DNA of 64,000 nt, taken from positions 1,112 to 65,111 of the forward strand of contig JAFGKM010000003.1 in the NCBI GenBank assembly GCA_016928555.1, given 5' to 3'. Position numbers and translations under genes: made by a program. Of this stretch, positions 1-8,116 are shown one piece after another. Position 1 is the stretch's first letter, and each line of letters begins with the position of its first letter. The DNA is from Candidatus Omnitrophota bacterium. GTDB taxonomy: Bacteria > Ratteibacteria > UBA8468 > B48-G9 > JAFGKM01. The notes below the pieces were generated by a model, which was given only the letters and a program-made list of their open reading frames with translations, was not told where the DNA came from and did not search any database.

Positions 1-467
1 TGTATTGAATGAGAAAATATAACTCCTTCGTGCTTTTCAATGGTTCCGGGAGCGATGAATCCGGCTAAAACCCCCACTGATAAAAAGGGAAGAATCAACT
101 GCGGGTGTTCGACAATGCATATGTGAAGATGCATTTCCGCTCCGAGAAGATATCCCGCAATGTAAGGGATGAATATGTCGCTTATTCCGCAGATGCCCAG
201 AGAACCTACGGTCCCGATTACCAAAGCTTTCAGGAATTTTTTCTCATACTGCCAGTACATTGCCGTAGTGGCAAGAGCTGAAACAAGCATATGCGAAGGA
301 TGAAACACGTGAAACAGCGACTGCATCAGTTTTGCGGGTTCTGCAATTCCGACAGCTTCGGTTATGAATGTCAGAATGCCCAAAAGTATCAGTCCTGCCA
401 CAACGCTTAAAATCGAAAAAGGCAGATGCTGTTTTAACCCCTCCCACACAAATTTCAACTTTTCCAC
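1..467 (-). CDS. Partial (3'-truncated by window edge) multi-pass membrane protein with His-rich motifs (HVFHPSH, HLHICIVEH); last gene of the minus-strand operon
   Basis: Manual translation of minus strand: GTG at 467-465 preceded by AAAGGAGG (480-473) 5 nt upstream; open frame runs to position 1 without stop; hydrophobic helices; 20 nt after DUF1980 stop. Not in ORF track because it runs off the window. Confidence 0.35.
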   Translation of the reverse strand, partial: MEKLKFVWEGLKQHLPFSILSVVAGLILLGILTFITEAVGIAEPAKLMQSLFHVFHPSHMLVSALATTAMYWQYEKKFLKALVIGTVGSLGICGISDIFIPYIAGYLLGAEMHLHICIVEHPQLILPFLSVGVLAGFIAPGTIEKHEGVIFSHSI

Positions 468-486
468 TTTTTCCTCCTTTCCCGGA

Positions 487-1194
487 TTAATACAAATATA
501 AATCAGCCGGTTTCGGCACTTCTTTTATGTCTTCGGCAATGATTTGAGGCTTATCTTGCCCTAAGTTTCCGCGGCCGTATACTTTTACCCATATATCCTT
601 CTGCAACTGTCCGGCCAGGCTGGACTCCACTTCAATTCCGAGGGGAGTGGCGTCGGCCGCACAGCAGGTAATGAGAAAACGGACAAGGATGAACCGGTCA
701 GCCCGTCCGTTCTGCTTAAAAACTAATCCTTCTATGCATAAAGGCTTTCCGGCAATCTCATCCGGCCTTTTTTTTGCAAGTGCGAGGAACTGTTTTACAT
801 TTAATTTTCTGTACTCTCCTTCCGTCTCCAATTGCGCCTTCATTATTTCAAGAACGTCTGTTTCTCCGGCCGCAAGTTCGCCGGTGATTCCTCTTTTCAT
901 TGCGGCGAATGAGGATAAATTGCCGGGTCTAACGATGGTTGTAAGCAGAACGGGGAAAAGAAAAGCGAGGAAAGATAAAGCGGACATAAAATCAATATCC
1001 CCCGAAACTTCTTTTCTGTATCTTTTAAGTCTTATCAGGAAAAGTATAAGGAGTATAAATGAACCGAGAATGGTGAAAGGGATGTAGTCTTTTTTAATGA
1101 ATAGCTTAAGCTTCCCGCTTGATTGTATCACAAACAGGAACAAAAGCCAGATGAATATTGTAAGCGTCTGATAAAAATTCTTCTTTTTAAACAT
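487..1194 (-). CDS. TIGR03943/DUF1980 family protein (N-terminal TM helices, C-terminal soluble domain with ITCCAADA motif)
   Basis: 235 aa; N-terminal hydrophobic segments; conserved 'FLITCCAADA' CC motif typical of DUF1980, which classically partners with a COG0701 permease (present immediately upstream, 1201-2226). Confidence 0.6.
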   Translation of the reverse strand: MFKKKNFYQTLTIFIWLLFLFVIQSSGKLKLFIKKDYIPFTILGSFILLILFLIRLKRYRKEVSGDIDFMSALSFLAFLFPVLLTTIVRPGNLSSFAAMKRGITGELAAGETDVLEIMKAQLETEGEYRKLNVKQFLALAKKRPDEIAGKPLCIEGLVFKQNGRADRFILVRFLITCCAADATPLGIEVESSLAGQLQKDIWVKVYGRGNLGQDKPQIIAEDIKEVPKPADLYLY

Positions 1195-1200
1195 GTACGT

Positions 1201-2226
1201 TTATCCTCCCGTTACCGCCGCTCCCGCAAAGCCCAGTATTAATGCCGCAAAGAACACAGCGAGAAGAAGTCTGATGACGAATTTCTTTTTGAACGTTCCG
1301 AAGTAAAGAATAGCCACGGTTATATTGGCCATCGGGCCCGCGACCATGAAGATAATTTTAGAAACAACGGGAAGGTTTGTAAAGGAGCTGGCTACAAACG
1401 CATCGGCAAAAGAACATAGGGACAGGGAAATTCCGAGCGCTTCCATTAAGAAAACCGCGAGTATTTTATTGTTTGCAAGGGATAGAAATGCGGCCCGCGG
1501 AACGAAGGTCTGGAAAAGCGCGGCTATTATTGCGCCTAAAACGAGGTATTTGCCCATTATGAGGAAATCAACCTCAGCGTGATGAAAAATTTTCTCTATT
1601 TTGGAAAAAGATTTGTGATTTTCTTCGCAGTAAATTTCTCCCGTTCGCTCTTTAAGAATTCCCTCTTTCAAAAAGCGTTTCAGAATAAAAGGAGTTATTA
1701 CGGATACGGCGAACGCAATCAGAATTCTGCCCAAAACAACTTCTTTTGAAGCCGAAAAGGCAAGAAAAGTGGCTAAAATGGTAACGGGGTTTATTATTGG
1801 GGCGGCAAGCATATAGGTTATTACCCCCGATGGAGCAGCGCCTTTTTTTAAAAGCCTTTTTGCCAGCACGACGTTGCCGCATGAACAAACGGGGAAAAAC
1901 ATACCGAGAAAAGGACTCCCTATTGTATGTAAAAAACTGTTCCCGGAGAATATTTTTTGAATTTTTTCTCCCGGAATAAGAACCTCCATAATACCGGAAA
2001 TCAGGGCGCCTATCAGGATGAAGGGGAGGGCTTCCAGCAATATTGCCGCGACTATCATCGTGAAAACCTGCAACTGGGGGTTTTGCAGAATCTTTGGTAT
2101 TGCGCTGATTTCTCCAGAATGCCATAAACTGTTGAGAATAAAAATCAAGACGGCGCCTGCCGTTATGAGGGTTTTTTTCAGAAAGTTTTCATATCTGCTT
2201 GTTTTCTTCATTTGATTCTTTCCCAA
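1201..2226 (-). CDS. COG0701/DUF318 permease, ArsP-like (conserved PVCSCG motif)
   Basis: 341 aa polytopic membrane protein; 'FFPVCSCGNVV' resembles the TPFcSCS motif of ArsP-type permeases; classic partner of DUF1980; 19-nt overlap with upstream ATPase gene. Confidence 0.65.
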   Translation of the reverse strand: MGKNQMKKTSRYENFLKKTLITAGAVLIFILNSLWHSGEISAIPKILQNPQLQVFTMIVAAILLEALPFILIGALISGIMEVLIPGEKIQKIFSGNSFLHTIGSPFLGMFFPVCSCGNVVLAKRLLKKGAAPSGVITYMLAAPIINPVTILATFLAFSASKEVVLGRILIAFAVSVITPFILKRFLKEGILKERTGEIYCEENHKSFSKIEKIFHHAEVDFLIMGKYLVLGAIIAALFQTFVPRAAFLSLANNKILAVFLMEALGISLSLCSFADAFVASSFTNLPVVSKIIFMVAGPMANITVAILYFGTFKKKFVIRLLLAVFFAALILGFAGAAVTGG

Positions 2227-3083
2227 AGCTTGCCTATATCCCCGGTTATGGAATCATTGCTGAATTCGGCAAAAGGAAGCTGTTTGACAACAGACTGAAC
2301 TATTCTTTCCGAAAAAGGTATTTTCCCTATGACTTCTATGCTTTTTTCCCCACAAATTTTTTCGATGTCTTCGGAGTTTTCAATATTGATGTCGTATTTG
2401 TTTATCACAACCTTTGTTTCAACTCCGAAATGTTCGGCAACCTGTATTACCCTCTGCATGTCGCTGATGCCCGAAAGGGTGGGTTCCGTAACCACAAGAG
2501 CGATATCAACCCCGGACATGGATGCAATGACAGGGCATCCTATGCCCGGAGGGCCGTCTATTATAATATAATCGCATTTATGCATTTTTGCAATTTTATG
2601 CGCCTCTTCCTTGATTTTTGAGACCAGTTTTCCGGAATTTTCCGCCGCTATGCCCAGTTTCGCAAAAACAAACGGTCCGTATTTGGTATCCGATATGAAC
2701 CATTTGCCGCTCTCTTTTTCCTTCAGTTCCACTGCGCCAACCGGACATGCGTACCTGCAGGCGCCGCATCCTTCGCAGGAAAAAGGATCTATGACAATCT
2801 TCTCAGCGCATCCTTTTTTATCCTTTATGACTTTGATTGCTTCAAACCTGCAGGCCTTCAGACACTTCTCGCACTGTATGCATTTGTCCTGGTTTATTTC
2901 CGCTTCCCAGCCGCCTTTGAATACCTCGGCTTTTTTTATGTCGGGATGCAAGAGAAGATAAAGGTTGGCGGCGTCAACGTCGCAGTCAACCATTACCTTG
3001 TTTTTTGCAAGAACGGCAAGAGAAGCCGTCATAAAGGTTTTTCCCGTACCGCCTTTGCCGCTTATAACGAGTATTTTTTTCAT
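2208..3083 (-). CDS. MinD/ParA-superfamily P-loop ATPase with inserted 2x[4Fe-4S] ferredoxin domain (COG1149, CooC-like)
   Basis: Walker A 'SGKGGTGKT' at N-terminus; two CxxCxxCxxxC(P) motifs (CIQCEKCLKAC, CEGCGACRYACP); 4-nt overlap with upstream paralog. Confidence 0.75.
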   Translation of the reverse strand: MKKILVISGKGGTGKTFMTASLAVLAKNKVMVDCDVDAANLYLLLHPDIKKAEVFKGGWEAEINQDKCIQCEKCLKACRFEAIKVIKDKKGCAEKIVIDPFSCEGCGACRYACPVGAVELKEKESGKWFISDTKYGPFVFAKLGIAAENSGKLVSKIKEEAHKIAKMHKCDYIIIDGPPGIGCPVIASMSGVDIALVVTEPTLSGISDMQRVIQVAEHFGVETKVVINKYDINIENSEDIEKICGEKSIEVIGKIPFSERIVQSVVKQLPFAEFSNDSITGDIGKLWERIK

Positions 3084-3961
3084 TTCTGTCTTCTTTTCGC
3101 TTCAACTATGCTGCAGATATCATAAAACAGTTTTTTGAATACTTCCCTGAATTCCGGGGATGATTCAACAAGGGGAATTCCTTTTGAGTATGCAACGGCG
3201 ATTTCTCTTCTGAAGGGTATGCGCAGGAGCACGGGGACTTTTTCCTTGGAACAGTATTCTTCAACCGCGCTGTCGCCTATATCCGAACGGTTGATTACCA
3301 CGCCTGCCGGCACGTTTAATTCTCTTGTCATCTCCACTGCCAGAGCGAGGTCGTTTAATCCGAAAGGCGTAGGTTCTGTGACCAGAAGGCAGAAATCCGA
3401 ACCGTTAACCGCCTGTACTACCGGACAGCTCGTACCGGGGGAAGAATCAATAATGTTTATTTTGCCGTCCTCCGCATATTTTTTTACCGCTTTTACAAGG
3501 GGAACGGGGTTTGCTTCCGACGGCTTCAGCCGTCCATGGGCAAAGAAAAACCCATTTTTTGCGGTGCCGGTTTCCACCTCGCCTTTTTCCCCGGGCTCCT
3601 CATGGATTGCCCGTTGGGTGCATGCCAGAGAGCAGGCGCCGCAGCTGTGGCACAATTCATAGAAAAAAAGCACACTGCCTTTGGTTTTACCTGCCATTGG
3701 CTTGATAACGGCTACAGCATTGTAAACGCATGCGGAAGCGCAGCTGCCGCAAAAGTTGCATTTTTCAATGTTCACCCTGGGTTTGGGCAGATAAACCTTA
3801 ACGCTTTTATCTATCACCGGTTTTAAAAAAATATAGCCGTTGGGCTCTTCCACGTCGCAGTCAAAAAACCGTACGTTTTCAGCTCCCAGCGATAAAGCAA
3901 GCGACGTGGAAACAAGAGTTTTGCCCGTTCCCCCTTTTCCGCTCGCTACCGTAATAATCAT
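3080..3961 (-). CDS. MinD/ParA-superfamily P-loop ATPase with inserted 2x[4Fe-4S] ferredoxin domain (paralog of 2208-3083)
   Basis: Walker A 'SGKGGTGKT'; CNFCGSCASAC and CHSCGACSLAC motifs; same architecture as neighbour. Confidence 0.75.
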   Translation of the reverse strand: MIITVASGKGGTGKTLVSTSLALSLGAENVRFFDCDVEEPNGYIFLKPVIDKSVKVYLPKPRVNIEKCNFCGSCASACVYNAVAVIKPMAGKTKGSVLFFYELCHSCGACSLACTQRAIHEEPGEKGEVETGTAKNGFFFAHGRLKPSEANPVPLVKAVKKYAEDGKINIIDSSPGTSCPVVQAVNGSDFCLLVTEPTPFGLNDLALAVEMTRELNVPAGVVINRSDIGDSAVEEYCSKEKVPVLLRIPFRREIAVAYSKGIPLVESSPEFREVFKKLFYDICSIVEAKRRQK

Positions 3962-3962
3962 T

Positions 3963-4181
3963 TTATCCCCTTACCATTTTTGTTCCGCACTTTGGACAGT
4001 TTCTGTCAAAGCAGGGGACTCCTGCTTGATGCACTGCTTTCTCCCCGCATGATGGGCATACGCAAAAGCCTCCGGGTCCTGCCGCTCTGCCTCCCATTCT
4101 TCCTCCTGCGCCTCTTCCCTGTCCTCTTCTTCCTGTCATGGGTCCCTGTCCCAGCGGTCCCGTTCCGTCTCCTCTCGGCAT
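3963..4181 (-). CDS. DUF5320 family protein (MPRGDGTGP N-terminus, Gly/Arg-rich linker, C-terminal 4-Cys zinc ribbon)
   Basis: Start placed at ATG 4181 (MPRGDGTGP) because AAGGGGGGTGAG SD lies directly upstream; ORF track start 4217 is an N-terminal extension. C-term CxxC...CxxC (CPSCGEK...CPKCGTK). Confidence 0.6.
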   Translation of the reverse strand: MPRGDGTGPLGQGPMTGRRGQGRGAGGRMGGRAAGPGGFCVCPSCGEKAVHQAGVPCFDRNCPKCGTKMVRG

Positions 4182-4373
4182 GTTGCTCACCCCCCTTTTA
4201 CCCCGCTTTCCCTTCACGCATATAGGTTCATTATCTGCGTCGTCAGCTTCCTCGACGTATTATACATACGCCTCGTTGCTTCCTCCTTGCTTCTTCCTTC
4301 TATACATGAATTGAAAACGGGCGTCTATATTGCTCTGTTTTATCTCCATAGGAATTACACAAAGCAATTAACA

Positions 4374-4763
4374 CTAATCACTGTTTTTTTCGTGGTCGCA
4401 TTCTGTTTTTTCAAGACCGTAATTTTTCCCTGCGCCCGGCGCGCATAAACTTTCTCCGGATTGAAGTTCTCCTTCCAGCAGTTTCTCTATCACATCGTTG
4501 ATTTTTCCTTCAATGCCCACAATTGCCTCTATTCCGCGTTCCCTGAATAATTCTGCAGCTCTCTGGCCCATTCCGCCGCAGATAATTGAACGCACGCCCT
4601 TTTCATGCAGAAACTCCGGAAGGTAGCCGGGATGGTGTCCGGGGTTTTCCAGCACCTCCTTTTTTACAACCGCGTTAGTTTCAATGTCAACGATTGTGAA
4701 AGAGGGGCATCTTCCGAAATGAGGGGAAACGAAATCTCCTTCTGTAGAAATAGCGAAACGCAT
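4374..4763 (-). CDS. NifX/NifB-type dinitrogenase FeMo-cofactor-family domain protein (PF02579-like)
   Basis: 129 aa; 'MRFAISTEGDFVSPHFGRCPSFTIVD...ICGGMGQRAAELF...' matches the NifX/NafY/NifB C-terminal fold signature (HFG, GG.G motifs). Confidence 0.7.
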   Translation of the reverse strand: MRFAISTEGDFVSPHFGRCPSFTIVDIETNAVVKKEVLENPGHHPGYLPEFLHEKGVRSIICGGMGQRAAELFRERGIEAIVGIEGKINDVIEKLLEGELQSGESLCAPGAGKNYGLEKTECDHEKNSD

Positions 4764-4777
4764 AGTACACCTCCGAT

Positions 4778-5158
4778 TTATTGTTTCTTCCCGCCCATGC
4801 CGAAGTGAGGCGATACCGTGGGAGCGGCGGCATCTGCGTTCAGGGAGCCCTTTTTAAAGGCTTCCACGGCATCTTTCACTTTGCCGCTGGCTCCGGTTAT
4901 TGCCTTGATGCCTGCCTGCTGAAGTACGTTTGCGGCATTAGGCCCGAGATTTCCCGTAAGTACAAACTCAACTCCTTTTTCCGCCATCAACTGCCCGTTT
5001 TGCACTCCGACTCCGCCCATACCTGCCGCGTTTGTATTATCAAGCGCCTCAAAATTGTCCGTTTCAGTATCATAAAAAATAAAATAGGCGCACCTGCCGA
5101 ATCGGGGGTCAACATTCGCTTCAAGACTATTTCCGTCAGCGGTTATGCAAATCTTCAT
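4778..5158 (-). CDS. NifX/NifB-type dinitrogenase FeMo-cofactor-family domain protein (second paralog)
   Basis: Start set at internal ATG 5158 (MKICITADG...PRFGRCAYFIFYD...LTGNLGPNAANVL); the 38-aa upstream extension of the ORF track lacks support. Confidence 0.65.
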   Translation of the reverse strand: MKICITADGNSLEANVDPRFGRCAYFIFYDTETDNFEALDNTNAAGMGGVGVQNGQLMAEKGVEFVLTGNLGPNAANVLQQAGIKAITGASGKVKDAVEAFKKGSLNADAAAPTVSPHFGMGGKKQ

Positions 5159-5234
5159 AGTTATTCCTCCGTGGAAAATAATACCTGCAGGGCGGCAAAA
5201 TACCGCCCCGCAGATAGTGCGATGAACCGCACCG

Positions 5235-5660
5235 TTACTTTGCCTTTCCTGCCTCTTTCTCAAGTTCAGCAATCCTTTTCTTCATGTCGCCCAGCTGTTC
5301 CTCCAGAATCTTTGTCTGCGACTGAAGCATCTCCCTTTCTTGTTCTGGAGTTGCCTGCCAGACAGCATAAGGGTCGATTGCCGGGTCAGGAGCAAAAGGA
5401 TAGGATACAGGGCCTGTCGGATATGGTGCATTCCCAAAATAGGGGTTTCCGTAAAACCATCTGCCTCTTCCCATTCCTCTGCCAAAACCTCTGCCGAATC
5501 CTCTGCCTCTGCCAAACCCGCGGCCCCATCCAAAACCTAATCCGCGGCCGCCGGCATAAGGATTCATGTAACCGGGAACTCCATAACCTGCACAGTATCC
5601 TGCCGCCCTGCCTGTCATCGGACCGAGTCCTGCCGGTCCCGTTCCGTCTCCGCGTGGCAT
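5235..5660 (-). CDS. DUF5320 family protein with RGF/RGG low-complexity repeats and C-terminal coiled coil
   Basis: Start at ATG 5660 (MPRGDGTGPAGLGPMTGR) with AAGGAGGTGAG SD upstream, same start architecture as 3963-4181; (GRGFGRG)n repeats; C-terminal heptad-like ...EEQLGDMKKRIAELEKEAGK. Confidence 0.6.
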   Translation of the reverse strand: MPRGDGTGPAGLGPMTGRAAGYCAGYGVPGYMNPYAGGRGLGFGWGRGFGRGRGFGRGFGRGMGRGRWFYGNPYFGNAPYPTGPVSYPFAPDPAIDPYAVWQATPEQEREMLQSQTKILEEQLGDMKKRIAELEKEAGKAK

Positions 5661-5687
5661 ATTACTCACCTCCTTTACCCCGAACTC

Positions 5688-6185
5688 TCACATACTAAGC
5701 TTGCCAAGTGAGGGATTATGATTTTTATCTTCACTTCTGCATGTCTCACACAGTCCGTAAAAATGTATTATGTGACTTTTTATGTCAAACCGGTGTTTTT
5801 TGGCAAGCGCGTCCTCTGTTTTTTTAATCAGCTCCTTTTCCTCGTCAACAAAATCCGTATAGTTAACAATTTTTCTGCATTTTGTGCATACAAGATGGTG
5901 GTGGTGCGCATCTTTCCGGCTTCCTTCTATCAGCTCATACCTTGCCTTCCCGTCTCCGAAATCAAACTTTTGAACCATGCCCATCCTTGTCAGCAAATCA
6001 AGGGTTCTGTAAACGGTGGCAAAGCCGATTGAAGGGTTTATTCCGCGTACAAGAAAGTAAATATCCTCGGCGCTTAAATGTTTTGAGGTTTTACTTAGTA
6101 TGTTAAGAATAATCCTTCGCGCTTCCGTTATACGCAGACCTTCCGCAACCAGCCTTTGGTGCGCCCACGGGTTTCCGCATCTCAT
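5688..6185 (-). CDS. Fur-family metalloregulator (Fur/Zur/PerR superfamily)
   Basis: 165 aa; winged-helix N-term (TEARRIILNIL), HHHHLVC and CxxC metal-site motifs; own promoter carries a Fur box. Confidence 0.8.
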   Translation of the reverse strand: MRCGNPWAHQRLVAEGLRITEARRIILNILSKTSKHLSAEDIYFLVRGINPSIGFATVYRTLDLLTRMGMVQKFDFGDGKARYELIEGSRKDAHHHHLVCTKCRKIVNYTDFVDEEKELIKKTEDALAKKHRFDIKSHIIHFYGLCETCRSEDKNHNPSLGKLSM

Positions 6186-6196
6186 TTCCGCCCCCT

Positions 6197-6221
6197 AATG
6201 ATAATAATTCTCATTATCATT
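6197..6221 (-). promoter_or_regulatory. Fur box (inverted repeat AATGATAAT-n7-ATTATCATT; minus-strand reading GATAATGAGAATTATTATC)
   Basis: 17/19 match to canonical Fur box GATAATGATAATCATTATC; sits between -10 and SD of the fur-family gene. Confidence 0.7.
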
Positions 6222-6247
6222 TTACCTTTGTATAAAGCAACTGTCAA
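6219..6247 (-). promoter_or_regulatory. sigma70-type promoter (minus strand: TTGACA-17nt-TAAAAT) for the fur-headed operon
   Basis: Minus-strand read: cTCTTGACAgttgctttatacaaaggTAAAATgataatgag...; perfect -35, 17-nt spacer, 5/6 -10; Fur box overlaps -10/+1. Confidence 0.6.
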
Positions 6248-6321
6248 GAGATGATTGAAAATACTCTAAAGGGCTGGGATTGCCGCGCTGAGAAACGCTC
6301 GCAATGGCATAAAGCGCCAAT

Positions 6322-7023
6322 TTATGGGAGGAGGCTTTCCATGGATATCCTGCCCCAGACTCGCGCCATGGAAAAAGCCTCTGCGTATTCAACACCGCAC
6401 TGCACGCCCCTGAATCCTGCCACTTTCTCAAGCATCTTAACAGGTTCTGCCTGGTGGTGGCCCGAAAGCCACTTATACTGGCTTTCATGGGCAAGGAGCA
6501 TTTTCTTCTTTATCGCCATGAATTCTGTGATGTCAACGTAATGGCTCGGTTCAAAACCGAAGCCGGCAAGCGTTTCCATGTAGTAAATCGGCATGATTTT
6601 CTCATGGGCGGGAAGTTTTGTTTTATAAAGGGGAAGGGTTGCGGTGAAAGCCGCGTCAAATACAAGCCGGCCTGTTATTACATGGTCGGGCATGTAGTCG
6701 TTTACACTGTGGGTTATTATAACGTCGGGTTTTGCCATGCGTATGATATCCACAACCGCTATTCTCATTTCTTTTGTGGGATACAGGTCAAGGTCGCCTG
6801 CGACAGGCCCCAGCGCTTCCGCTCCTATGATTGCGGCGGAGTTTTTAGCTTCCCTGTCCCTGATATCCGCAAGTTCTTCGGGCGCTATGTCCTTTCCGCC
6901 CATGTTGCCGTTGCAAAGGTGGGCCATAAAAACTTTGTCTCCTCTTTTTGCGTACTTTGCGAGCGTTCCTCCGCAGAGTATTTCCAGGTCGTCAGGATGC
7001 GCTCCCACAGCCAGTATGTTCAT
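6322..7023 (-). CDS. PIG-L/LmbE-family N-acetylglucosaminyl deacetylase
   Basis: N-terminal 'ILAVGAHPDDLEI' (AHPDDE motif) and HxxH region characteristic of LmbE-like zinc deacetylases. Confidence 0.8.
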   Translation of the reverse strand: MNILAVGAHPDDLEILCGGTLAKYAKRGDKVFMAHLCNGNMGGKDIAPEELADIRDREAKNSAAIIGAEALGPVAGDLDLYPTKEMRIAVVDIIRMAKPDVIITHSVNDYMPDHVITGRLVFDAAFTATLPLYKTKLPAHEKIMPIYYMETLAGFGFEPSHYVDITEFMAIKKKMLLAHESQYKWLSGHHQAEPVKMLEKVAGFRGVQCGVEYAEAFSMARVWGRISMESLLP

Positions 7024-7036
7024 GCTTACTCCTCCT

Positions 7037-7987
7037 TTAATTGCATTCGGCGGTCAGCGGGCCGGCAAGTTCTTTAAGGAAAAAAAGTTTGCCAGGCAGT
7101 GTCGGCATGAAACTGCTCGGAATCCACGTGCTCGGACCGTGCCTCAGCGTTACCCATAAACTCATCCCCTGCCACATCATCCCTCTTCCGAGCGTACCGT
7201 CGGCCCCTCCGATTATTCTGTCGGCTTTCAGAAATATGCCCGGCCCTATCGTGTTGGCAAAGCATGGGACGAGAGTCGTCCTGCTTTTGAAGCTTGTTAT
7301 TGCATTCTGCTCAATGGTCAGAGGATGGAGTTTTGCGCCGACTCTGTATTCCTGTTTCTTCCATTCCTCCTCGGATTTGAATTCCGCGGCGAAATGCGGC
7401 TCCCAGAATGCTATGTGGAAAATCCTTCCTATGCCGAAAATCACAACCAGTTTCGCACCCTTTTTTTTCAGAGCGCTTATCCTTGAAGGATATTCGGGGA
7501 GCATCTTCTTTGTGGCGAAACACCTCTGGTTTTTGGGAACTGTAAGTTTGCCGAGCGGCCCGTAGAAAGCATCCTGCATTGCATTCTGGAATGCGCCCGG
7601 GTTATTTGAAGGCAGTGTTTTTCCGCCGCGGTCGCTCCATTCGTCCATGTTGAAACCGTACACATGCCTGCAGTCAACGTTCCATTCCCTGAGGAAATAA
7701 ACAATCCATTTGTACATCCCCATGGGGCCTACCGGAAGTATCAGTATCAGTTTTTTCCCCGCTTCCCGCGCAGTGCATATTTCCGCGGCTATCTCGTGCC
7801 CCATCTTTGCGTTGAATTCTTCCAGCGTTTCGCAGGGCACCGGGGCAAAGTTTTTGTTCCACCATTTCTGGCGCTCCGTTATTTTATCCGGGGGGTTAGC
7901 GCAGCATCCGTCAATCTTTTTCATGTCCCATCCGGCGGGAAAGAAATTTTCCAGAAGAGAGCCCTTCATAGTAGTTATAAGGTTCAT
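7037..7987 (-). CDS. Glucosamine-6-phosphate deaminase/isomerase (NagB) family protein
   Basis: '[12 protein letters not shown]...FNMDEW' and '[15 protein letters not shown]' correspond to NagB 'LGLPTGGTP...FNMDEY' and 'GGVGNDGHIAFNEP' motifs. Confidence 0.65.
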   Translation of the reverse strand: MNLITTMKGSLLENFFPAGWDMKKIDGCCANPPDKITERQKWWNKNFAPVPCETLEEFNAKMGHEIAAEICTAREAGKKLILILPVGPMGMYKWIVYFLREWNVDCRHVYGFNMDEWSDRGGKTLPSNNPGAFQNAMQDAFYGPLGKLTVPKNQRCFATKKMLPEYPSRISALKKKGAKLVVIFGIGRIFHIAFWEPHFAAEFKSEEEWKKQEYRVGAKLHPLTIEQNAITSFKSRTTLVPCFANTIGPGIFLKADRIIGGADGTLGRGMMWQGMSLWVTLRHGPSTWIPSSFMPTLPGKLFFLKELAGPLTAECN

Positions 7988-8051
7988 TGTTCCTCCTTGT
8001 TACCAACAGAGTTGAATTATAATAGCACAATATTTTTTGTTTGAAAAACGC

Positions 8052-8080
8052 TTGACTTTTTCAATTATTTATATTATTGT
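8052..8080 (+). promoter_or_regulatory. Putative promoter for degT-like operon (TTGACT-17nt-TATTGT)
   Basis: Good -35, weak -10; located in divergent intergenic region 7988-8116; SD GGGGAGGT 7 nt before ATG 8117. Confidence 0.3.
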
Positions 8081-8116
8081 AAATAACGTAAAAAATCAAA
8101 TACGGGGAGGTATAAA

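Noticed and set aside
244-447. 67-aa minus-strand ORF
   Set aside because: It is out of frame with, and embedded in, the longer His-rich membrane-protein reading frame that continues to the window edge. It is a frame shadow.
4781-5698. 305-aa ORF on plus strand
   Set aside because: Antisense across the NifX-like and DUF5320 genes. It arises from the GC-rich opposite strand and has no SD or family signal.
6454-7159. 207-aa and 140-aa plus-strand ORFs
   Set aside because: Antisense to the PIG-L deacetylase gene, which has clear motifs.
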